Made by a program: the position numbers and the translations under genes. Below are positions 22,001 to 34,000 of a DNA stretch of 64,000 nt, piece after piece. Where the stretch lies: assembly GCF_964204645.1 (NCBI RefSeq), contig NC_134031.1, forward strand, positions 16,045,807 through 16,109,806. Direction: 5' to 3'. The DNA comes from Tubulanus polymorphus. Its lineage: Eukaryota; Animalia; Nemertea. Numbering within the stretch: the first letter of the stretch is position 1; every line of letters starts with the position of its first letter. Under the pieces are notes generated by a model, which worked only from the letters and a program-made list of their open reading frames with translations, ran no database searches and was not told where the DNA came from.

Positions 22001-25000
22001 ATCTACAGAATATACAACAAGTCTTCATTCATTATTACCTTCAAATCGGCGTGGACACTGGATCAAATATTGCACGAGATCACAGATACGAACCTTTGAG
22101 ACATTTATTACCCATTTTACCAGACGGGCAATCGCAGTCACCTGTGATAGGATTGCAAACGGCCACATTTCCTTCACATTTACATTTCTTCTTGCATTTT
22201 GGACCCCATTTACCATCTTTGCAGACTATAAACGACACGGGAATAGTGAAACGAACGGTAATTTACGTATGAAGTCTACGTTGAAAAATACTAAATTATA
22301 TTTCGATTGATAACACACTCTATCCGTGTTGTGACGATAATGTAGAAAGAGTCCCACAATAATAACGAAAGAAGTTTACAATGTTTCCTGGAGCTAGTAG
22401 TTTATTCAACGTTTCCACTGTATTCTAATAGTCATCTTCAGGAATACTCAGTAATACAGGAATACAGTACTCCTGAAGATGACTATTAGGATATAGTCGA
22501 AACGTCGAATAAACTACTTGCTCCGGTAACATTTCTGTCTGTTTTTCGTTATTATTGTGGGATTCTCTCTACACTAAATTCTACTAATTTTTCAATATTT
22601 TACTGACCTTTTTCACATCTATTCCCACGATATCCATCTTTGCATATGCATTGTCCAGTTTCCGAGTCGCATACCGCGCCGTTTACGCAATCACAGCGTT
22701 TGCTACAAGACTCTCCGTACAATCCAGGCGGACAACCTTAAAGTGTGATTGAAAATGCTTGAATTTAACGATTAACTGAATTTCCATTGCACTGGACGTT
22801 TTGGGAAGTGTTTTCTTTTATAACTTACTGAATTCACACTGTTGCCCGTAAAATCCTGGTTTACAATTACAACAGCCAGAGAATCTACCGCAAGATGCGC
22901 CGTTCTGGCACTGGCAGTTCTGGGTGCAGTTGGGACCGAACAATCCATCTGGGCAGGGTTCTGTACACGCAGGACCCATCCAACCTATACCACAAGTGCA
23001 CATGCCAGTCTCGGGATCGCAAAAACCGCTGTTCTTACATTGGCAAATACCGCTACAATCTGGTCCAAATGTGTTATCGGGGCAAGCTGAAAATATCAAA
23101 ATTGATATAGGGAACAATAGTAAGTAAAATCCATAGGTGAACAACCTAATTTACTTAGCAACTTAGCTTTACCTCGATCGCAATTCTTTCCATAGTATCC
23201 CGACTGGCAGCCACACTGTCCTGTTACATGGTCACACGTGGCATCGTTCTCACACTTGCATTTCTTAGAGCACAAATGGCCGTAACTACCTTTCGGGCAC
23301 TTGTGCTTGCACGTCGGCCCGACGAAGCCCACTGGGCAGACGCACTGACCGGTGACAATATCACACGACGCTCCGTTTTGGCATTTGCATTTCGACAGAC
23401 AATCCGGTCCGTACATATTCACTTTACAACCTGGAAGAAGTATTCGTATATAGATAACGAATTCGTGAATAGATAATGTGTGATACTTCGGGCAGATCTT
23501 CAGGATCCAGGGCCCGGTTCCACAGTTGTGAGTTAGAGTTAACTACGAGTTAAAAAATCAGTTCATTTTCGATGTTTTAACTCTAGAGTCAGATTTAACT
23601 CAGAACTGTGGAACTGGATCCAGTTTAACAGTCGTGAGTTAGAGTTAACTCTTGGGTTAAAAATCAGTTCATCTTCAATGAACTAACTCCGAGTCAAATC
23701 TTAACTCACAACTGTGGAATTGGGTCCAGTAATTTACCTCTGTTACAATGTTTGCCTCTATGACCAGATCTACAGATGCAGTCGCCACTGATCGGGTCGC
23801 ACATGTAGTTACGCCCGCACTTGCACTCATTACGACAATTCGGACCCCATTTATCTTTAGAGCAACCTGCAATAAACGCACGCAATCAGTATCAATGTCT
23901 TCAGATCTTAAGATAAGAAGAAAATGTTCGCATCTTACGTCTATCGCACGCGAGGCCGGTGAAACCAGCTGGACAATCACACTCTCCGCTGATATGATCA
24001 CACGGTTCGCCTTGCGGGCAGCGACATTTCTGTTTACAATTCAGACCATAATAACCCGGTAAACAAGCTGCAAATCGAAAATAAACAACACATGATAGTC
24101 GTACGCAGGAACTAGAAAACAGCCATCCAACGATTTATACCTTTTTCGCAGAAGTGTCCTCTCCATCCAGCGCGGCAATGACAGTTACCAGTTTCAGAGT
24201 GACACTTCGCTTTATTCTGGCACATACATTTCTCCTGACAATCCTGACCATAGTAACCTTTCTTACATTCTACAATAACACGAATTAAAATGACTAACCT
24301 AACGCACGTGAACATGGGGTTTATGAAAGTTTACAAGTTTTTATGCAACATATCATAAGACAAGAGACAATTAGGACGTACTAGCATTGCATTTTTCTCC
24401 ACCAAAGCCAGGGCGGCAGTGACACTGTCCAGTGAATCGATTGCAGGAGAGACCATTTACACATTCACATCGTTCAGTACAATTAGATCCATATCTCCCT
24501 TCACTGCAAGCTAGAATTTCGAAAATTTCGAAATCATTATGAGTCTTGTTTTCATTCGACGTACCAACCAAAAGGTCGTATAACTTACATAATTCACAAG
24601 CCATTCCTGTCCAACCGGCCGGGCAATTACACTCTCCTGATACAGGATGACAAACACCACTATTTACACAGATACAAGGTCTTGCGCAACCCTGTCCATG
24701 ATAACCACTTGGGCAAGCTATGGAAATAAACCAGATTTAACTTTGGGTTCAAACCGTCAAATTTTAGAAGATGATTGCAGAGATCTAAGCTGCGCGCCTA
24801 CCTTGTTCGCATTGTAATCCCCTCCAACCAGGTTTACATACGCACTGTCCTGTAATCGGGTCGCATGCCGCGCCGTTTTTGCACTTGCATTTATGTCTAC
24901 AATCTCGACCCCATGTACTGGCCGGGCATCGTCGAAGACATCCTGAAAATTTAATCCTTCAACAGTAATTTGGATACGTTCATAGGAGCTTATATCGTCA

Positions 25001-28000
25001 TCATGCGAGCGTTTGAATCTTCATCTTGTAATCGATGTTCGAATTGATATAATTTATACCTGTTCCAATCCAACCTGCCGCACAACTACACTGTCCGTCA
25101 ACCGGACTACATCGGGCCCCGTTCTCGCAATTACAAACGTCTTTGCAATCGATGCCGAAAAATCCATCGGGACAAGGCTTTTCACAGTGAGTATCTCGCC
25201 AGCCGGGTCCACATCGACAAGCCCCGCTGATGTGGTCGCAATGGGCCCCATTCGCGCATTTACAAATACGCTTACAACCGGGTCCATATGTGCCGTTGTC
25301 GCATTCTGGTCAAAGCATAACGAGACTTATTATGAAATAATGAATTCAAACATCTTAGGGATGCATCTGGATGAATTGGGTCCCAAACTTACTTTCGTTG
25401 CAGCCAAGTCCGTGCCAGCCAGGAGCGCATATGCAATCTCCAGTTTGCGGGTCGCATTCAGCGCTATTTGAACAGTTACATCGCTGTTTACAATTGCGTC
25501 CGAAAGTTCCAGCCGGACAAGCTAAAATTTTACAAAACTTGTTATAAAATCGCGATATATGAAAATCTCATAATATACTGTCTTCAATCAGCGCTTTCAT
25601 TCTTATATATAGTTTTAGGCATAGGTTTTATTTAAGTTTTAAGTCTCCGTCTAAATTTTTTCAATTTCAAAATTAGTTTCAGGAAAAATTAAAATCTTCG
25701 GTTAAAACACTTTATATTCATTCATATCATTGTTAAATGATTGGAATCATGATGTTTTTCGTTTTCGTTAAACCTCAAAAGAATTAGTCGATGAAAAGAG
25801 ATGGAAATTCTAAAAAAAGATTATGCTAAAAGAAGTTTCTTTTGATTTGAGGTAAAATGATTTCAATTATTGGTTTAATCAACTTTTGCGACGATACAAT
25901 CAAAAGATGAATCATTAAACGAAAGCCATGCAAAGTTTTGCCCAGTTAGGAAGAGAGTATGAAATAAGAGAAAATAGTAAAGCTATTTCTACGAAGTTTT
26001 ATCTAAAAGAGACATTTACGTTTATAACAAATAATCGCATTTATCAAATCACAGTTACATTTAGCATTCACAAAAATACAAGAATCTGACGCCACAACTA
26101 CGTAACATGAAGCGCAGGTTTTTCCTTTTAAAACTTATTGAATGTAAAAAAAATCTTTTTAAGATTTCTTTTCAAATCTTCAAACTTTATTCATACGAGA
26201 TATTTTAGATAAAGATTGAATTAAAACCGAGAAAAACCAAGAAATTAATGAGATAAATTGAATAAAATTAAATCAAAAATATCGTTTTCTTAATCGATTT
26301 CACTGAGTTTGGTGAGATTCGTTAGCAAACTATCAGAATACGCAGTTTAAACACATTTTTAAACGATTTTAGAAATATAATTCCTATCAGATATTGAGCA
26401 TTTCCACAGTTTTTTCAAGCATGTATCTCAACATTATATACATGACGTGTATAATAGACGGACAGTATACATTGTAACAATATCAACTGCTCTGGTCTCT
26501 AACAGTTCCGTACCTCCCGGCCCTGGCCGTGCTTCATTACATGAAAATTTCAGAGAACATACAATGAAAAATCGTCTTACCATCACCTCGGACATATATA
26601 CAGAGCTTAGATTCTTGTTTCCATGGAAATCATGATACCAAGAAACACATGAATATACAATTTTCAAACGAAATAGAATTTGAAAAGTATATTTAGCTAC
26701 AAGGCGAAAATGTATATGATATAAATATTTTTGAATTAACTTGAGACATCACGACATCGAGATTTCGCCAAAAAGGAATCGTCCAAAGTGAGGGGTCCAC
26801 CCACCAATATCATTGTCAGTTAGCGGTGCCGCGGTTAAACCTGGTGTTTGTTCAGATTGTTGATGCATACCCCTATCGCATAGCTGACCAGTCCAACCGT
26901 TCGTGCAATTACATTTCCCCGACACCGGGTCGCACGTTCCTCCATTCTCGCAAAGACACCTCAACAAACACTGTGATCCATAGCGTCCCGGTGGACAACC
27001 TGAATTTGACGGAAAGCGTTGTTTTCAACGTAAAACTATCCCATACATTTCGAGGAATTATGATGTGACGCTGATGGAATTTCGTTGTTCCGACTCACCT
27101 TCTGAACAATGTTGTCCAAACCATCCCGGTTTGCAGACACATTCTCCGGTCTCGGGATTACACGTGGCACCGTTTTCACAACTACATTCATTCGCGCAGT
27201 TGATTCCCCATTTACCGGCAGCGCATTCTGCAAAACAAACCTCAAATCTGAATAGGTAATAAATGACATTTGATATCATCGAAAACCTGAATTCATCGTC
27301 CACTGATAATCAGTGATAGAAAAGAAGCTCTTCGTTTCAACAGGAAAATGCAATTTTCAATTTAAGATTATCTAGATTTCATTGATCGAAACAAATTCAA
27401 AAGATACAAGGAACAAGTAATTAGACTATCAAATACGGTTAAGTTAATTTTACAATTAGCAATACAGTATACATAATGCGTGTACAGAAATCGCGCGGAG
27501 TCCTGTATACGCAAGTTCATGAGGCTGCGTTCATGTGTAAAAGCAGAATTCGTAAGCAAACAGGGATCGATGAGAAAAAAGCAATCAAAATCTTCTAAAA
27601 ATAGATAGAGAGATAGAGAAAAAATGGGATGGGTTGGGCACATTCAATGTGGATGGAATAAAGAACTATAGCGAAAATTACCTGCGCTTTCATCCGGGTC
27701 ATCGACCGTCTGAAATGTACCTCTACACAACTACGTCATGAAATCGTCTACGATTTCACGCTAAACAATTATAAATCTGGTGGTAGTTTGTCACAGTTTG
27801 GTCAGTCACACGGTGACGGTATAGGTATATAAATATATATAGACATATATATATATATATATAGATACGGTTAGTTTGGATGTTGTTTGATATAATATGC
27901 AGTAGGAGTGAAAACTCTACGACCTACAGCGTTATATATACAGAATCTGAGACCACATGAAATCGTTCGATTCTCATAATTTCGGCAATGAATTTTTTCT

Positions 28001-31000
28001 TCGGAAATGTCCGCAGCATATTTCATTCGCTATGCATATAGGTTTACATTCGTTCGTTCGAAGTGAAAATCAACGACAGTTCAAGATCCATCGGTAAAAA
28101 CGTTTGTTGGCAATATGATTACGAACTATATAGTTCAGACGATTCTGTTTCGGTCTCATTCTACAGAAGTTTTCTCCTTTCGACGGAGCGCTTCCGTATA
28201 ATATCTTATGAGAATGAAAGCAAATTCAGTGCGGTCTTATCTACATACCAATATTCATATAACGTTCCTCTTCTTATATTTTTGTGAAATCAATATATAT
28301 ATACAGAGAGAAACTGAATTTAAATCTGATCTAATCATGTCAGATTACATCAGTATCAATTATCAAACCAATTTTGTTATGAATTGGTTTATTCATGTAA
28401 ATAGAATGCATTTCATTCCACAAGCAGATTTAGGTATTTTTGTAAATTTACTTCTTGTCATGTACGTAGCATGTTAGTATTCTACAAAAAGCCATATAAT
28501 GGAATATAGAATACGGAACGTGAATATAACGTCTAGAAATGTTTGTTTTTTCCATTATAAGTCTTTATTGTTTTGAGGAGACCATGATTAGTACTGCATG
28601 AAGCATATTTTCTGATAGAGCATATCATAACATATTCGCGGCGCGCACCCATGTGGTTAAAATAACATACTTCGCTATGCGGCGGGCTGTGAGGTAAAAG
28701 ATAGGTGGGAAGACCGGGCAATCAGATCAATATTCTGGGCCCGGAATCATCGAAATTTGATGAGATCATGCTTGGCAAATCAAAATTTAAGTCCCTATGC
28801 GAATGAACCAGTCACATTTCGGCAGAACTGGAAATTTTTGATGTAATTTGCCCAGAATTTGTCGAAGTAATCAAATCTTAAACATCGTTTGGCTTTGTGG
28901 ACCAGATTAGATAAAATTTACCGGTCTATCCCAATTATCCTTACGTGATCTGTGATGTGCTTTATATTTATTCACGTTATTCTATTGTTTTATTTATTTA
29001 CCTTGTTTGCAGTGCGGGCCCGTGTGTCCGGCCTCGCATATACATTCACCCGTTTCTGGGTCACAGCCGCTCCCCTCGCAACGACAATCCTGGAGACAGT
29101 TCAAGCCCCAGCGACCCTTGATACACGCTGGACCGAACGAAAAGAGATTCAGTACACAACAATCAACATGAAAATGGATGGCTGAGGAAAATGGGAAAGC
29201 GCTGATGATATTTGGGAATCCAGAAGCAACTGTCTTGTTTTTTTATGTCCTGTTTTTTTCGTGTTTCTTTCTGTTTTTTTTTCTTTTTATTCGTAGTATA
29301 ACAAGTGCAATGTCTGTGAGATGGTCGAGGCAAGTTTTGTATTCTATTGCCGACTTGATATTGCTGTATATCGGAAGGTGGATTCAGGTCGCTACGAAAG
29401 CTCTAGACACAAGCATGCAGACGATAATACAACATGGAAAAATTGTACGGAAGACAAAACAAAGACAAAGACGAAATAGCCTGCTACATCTGCACTAATG
29501 CCGGGGTTAATCGAAATGAATAGAATTCTAGATTTGGCGAGGTGATTTATCATCTATTCTGAAAGTTATTTCTTCAAACTAGTTATATATATTTCGAATT
29601 GAATTCATTCACCAGTTTTATACTGAATTTTATTTATAGGAAGGATGAAAAGTAATCGGATTTTGAATAGGGTAGACACACAATGGTGGTTTTAGATTAC
29701 AAGCAGCAACAGTTGAAATACGGAGGAAAACAGTTAACTTATATTTCAAGCTTTTAAAGGTTGAGTTATATGAATTTCTTCTGTTTTATTCAAGGCTGTA
29801 AGACATTCGGCGAAAAGTCTTAGGGGTCGCTTTAAAAAAAAAGAATTCTTAAGTTGCCAGCGTTGAATTTCGATAGAATCACAAAAACACTAAAGGTTTT
29901 TATACATTCGGCGGCTAAAACCTACATTTTCTATAATGTGTTAAACAGACACTGCACTTATTTTTCTCTCGATATTTTCTTATTATTTATTCGCTTTTAG
30001 AGGACCTCGCATGCAGAAGGAAAACCATCATGCAGGTTTCATATCGCGGGAATTGGGTTCAGCGAAAAGTTTTAAACAAGACATTCTTTTTTGTTGGACC
30101 GTTTATGTCAGGAATTGGCAAAATGTTTATGGAAAGTGGCGAATATCACTGCTGGAATGAGGTTTTGATAGTTAGATCCGGATTAGGAGTCATCAGCAAT
30201 GAATTCGTATTCATTGGACAATGCTACAATGAGCATTTTTAAAGTTTAATATTTATCTATTAATATGGAGCATTTTTGCATTGTCCAATGAACGTGAAAT
30301 GATACATGAATCTGAAAACAAGAAATATATAGTTTATGAAATTTATAGAAATTTGATAACGCACCTTTAATCAATCAATAACTTTAATCATATATTTAGA
30401 TGTTTTTAACTATGACATCGATGGCTTTTTGAGATAGATGCGCAATTAAGAAAATATTAAGTCATGGCCAAATTTCTTTTTATGGATTTTTTGATAGCAA
30501 ATGTTGGAAAATTGAAGAAAGAATGATTAACAGCTCTTCACAACGGGCAAAATCAAAACAGTCATGTTTTCGTATAGGATTCCAAGAATACAAAAAGGAC
30601 GAAGCAAAATGACCACGCATTTTCGCTGAGACTTTGCTTGGATTTTACCCGTTCGGTGTTGAAATACTGTTACGAAGAGAAAAAGCCAGAACGAGCAAAA
30701 AGATGAAAAAATTGGTAAGTCATAGGTCCCCTAAAAGTACCATTAACCTACACATGATAGTCCAGGCATGCCTACATGGCAGGCAGATCTCTTTTCAGAA
30801 TAAAACCATCACCTAATTGTTTTCTACACTATTCGGGAGGGGACGCATGTCAAATATCATCAGAGCCAACTACCAAATATGCCTGATAACGATGCCTATC
30901 GCCTGACGCTAAACAAAGCTCGTGAAGCGTGTCTGGTTTGTACAAATTTGAAATCATCTTTCGTAGTTGACTCTGGTATAAAAATCGGATGCTAAAAGAT

Positions 31001-34000
31001 CTCTAGAATCGTGGGAGTGATCGAAATAAAGAATCGAAAGTTCGCGTAGTAAGATATCGTCGACTTACGCTGATCGCAACGATCGCCGACCCATCCTATC
31101 GGACAATCCTGCATACATTGTCCAGTCTCGTGATCGCAGACGGTTCGCGAGCTACACTGGCACAATTTCGAACATCCTAAACCGTAGTAGCCATTACGGC
31201 ATTTGCTGTTGCATCGGGCGCCTTCGTAACCTTTCTTGCATTTACAATCACCGGTCTGCAATTGATAATTTCAAACAATTTCGATTACGGAACTGATACT
31301 TTCCTAAACCACCCGGGCAAAGTCGGTACCACGTAACGCCAGGTTTTTTGTATGTTATACCTCAGCATCACAGCCGGTAGACCTCTCCTGGTTACATTTA
31401 CACTGCTTAACGCAATTCGGCCCGTAGGTGTTTTTCGGGCACGGCAGGTTGCACTGAGGTCCGAAGAGTCCCGGGGCGCACTCGCAGTAACCGTACTTGC
31501 GATTACAATGGCCGCTAGCGCACGTCTGCGGGCAAGTCTTGTCGCAACTCGCTCCGTACTTTCCAGGCGGGCAGCCGTCCTCACAACTAGAGCCCTTCAC
31601 CCCGGGAGGACATCGACACGCACCGGTAGCGGGGTCACATCTACCACCGTTTTGACAGGAACAGATTTGGTTGCACCCTTCGCCATACATTCCCTAGAAA
31701 TACAGATTACCAGAAATTCCGCCAATGCCTGAGAAAATTCAGTTTCTACGTACGTACATGTTAACAGCAAATTATGAAAAGAAATTCTTTTCTTCATCTT
31801 AAAATTCTTGAATAGAATTCCACTTCAGGCGTTGAAACTTACCGTTGGACATGTATTATTGCACAGTTCCCCCATCCATCCAGGCTTACATTCGCAACCG
31901 TCCAGGGCTGCGTTACACATGCCACCATTAGCGCAGTCGCTACAACTGTATGTGCAATCCACACCAAACGTACCCGGTACACAAACTGCAATCACAGATT
32001 AAAACGATACCGAAATGAACGACCAAAAATGAACAAACACTTAATCGTTTGCCAGTATTACCTGGACAACTCGATTCATTCCCTTTTCGGGTGACATGAA
32101 CAAAAGTGGATAGATAGGTGGGTGGGGAACAGAGGACTCTGGTTAGTTTTATGAAAGATTTTGATTAGTAGGAACAAATCAGGTTTTCAATGCAACATGC
32201 ACCGTTCATATAAGCAATCATATCGTTATTCTAAACAATAAAATCTAAGTTTGGTTATAGAACCATTTTCCCAGAACACGGGCAACATTGTAAGTCTAGG
32301 ATGTGAGTTATCCATTCATGCAGCGTACAAGCATCTATCTATTTGAATTCACCGAGAAATGTGTCTTTATTGTCAATTATTAAGTGTATTCATGTGCGCG
32401 ATACAAAACAAAGTTTATTTCTAACTATGAGGCAAAAGCGGTGAATAGAACTTATAGATATAAGTCTATCTAGATTTCGATATTTAGAAATAAATCGAAA
32501 AAGAAACTTTTTTGTTTGTAACATAAATATAAAGGGTTTAAGCATTGCACCTGACTTCAACGATGGACTTTTGCGCGGTCCTTTTCTCTGAAAGAAAATC
32601 CCTTTGTATTCGATGTATATAAATAATGGTGCACGATTATAGAAAAACGCTCGAATAATGAAGAAAAAAAGAAGAAAATGAAACTGTGCATTTTGTGAGA
32701 CGAATGATGCTTTAGTGTTTGAGGTTTACCTCGGTTCACTTTTATTCCTACTCGGCAACATTTATATAGCAGCCACGGCAGCAGCAGCAGCAGCAGCAGT
32801 AGTAAAGAAGAACATTGATATTAACATTGAAGGGTGTTGGAATATTGAGGCTATGAAAACTAACAATGATCGTGGTGTGGATTCTAGGTAAGGATAAACG
32901 ATAACATGATGAAAGGTTTTTTGAATATTGGATCTTTTGAGAAAGCGGAGTTCGAGATTTTAATATGTTATGTTGAAATGTAGAGTTAAATGACGTAGAC
33001 AAGTTCTATGCCTGAAAAAATCGGTTCAAAGTTATTAGAAGTGATATCATTTGCACGAAGAGACTTTGTATTTTCAATCGTCATTTCATGCGTGGAACGC
33101 GATCATGCAAAAATAGATATCATTTTGGGAGACTTCTTATTCTGATGGATGTTTTTGAAAAAAGATAAAAGAGTTTCATTCATTCCATTTATTTCAGTCA
33201 TTGAAAAATGGGAAGAGAAAAACATTCGGTGCAAGAAGACAAACATGGTGAGATTGATCGGGAAAAGCTTGTGCTGAAAGCAGATTGTCCTCGCGGCTGG
33301 ATTCATGCATGGACATAATATAGACGAAATGTCTTCATTTCACTGCGCGTTACGTTCGTCCAAAGCGCAGTTATAGAATGAATAAATCGTATACATCTTA
33401 ATGCTGAAAACGTCACGATGCATGCACAAAAACATGACACAAACAACAAACGACCAAAACGTTAACAATGAAGGAGAAAAGACGAAGAAATCTATGACGT
33501 TAAATGACATGAAATTTTCAGGAAACAGGTGATTGCGGAATACCATCACGATACAGGCATAACCTTTATACCTCTATAGAGGTACAGTTTCTTCAAGTGA
33601 AATATTTGGAAGCTTCATATACTGATAACCATTTGTTCTTAAAGTTAATATCTTCTTCGATTCATTTTCTTAAACAGGTAAAACCCTTGGCATACTAATG
33701 ACACTCTGTATGTGTACTATACCTTTGATTTTAATTCCTACATTTAGAAAGCGTAAAATGTACAGAAAGTCTAAATGATATATACTGATTAATATTGCCA
33801 TCTTTTGTTATTGTATTATAAGTTCATTTCAAGAGAAATGATGACACTGTCTGTGTTACTAATATCAACTCTAAAAATGTCCCAAATGCAAAATCAAGTT
33901 TTAAACGCACAAATCCTTTGGAAATCCGGGGAATCATTTGAATCCGGTGCCAACGTTCTAGTTCCATATTTCTCACGGTGGAATTAAGAAGTATTCAAAA

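Noticed and set aside
26514-26531. 18-nt symmetric candidate microexon (ARPGPG)
   Set aside because: Only 49 nt from the RGD candidate, shorter than any confident intron here; possible only as a mutually exclusive exon
28945-28949. 5-nt exon that would supply phase 0 for the 28-nt exon
   Set aside because: The upstream intron would be 52 nt with no pyrimidine tract
29906-29914. 9-nt symmetric candidate exon, and a 6-nt one at 40618-40623
   Set aside because: Weak donor or competing AG; not distinguishable from chance
33280-33300. + strand ADCPRGW, which looks like an EGF or lectin start
   Set aside because: Wrong strand for MEGF6 and no continuing Cys pattern
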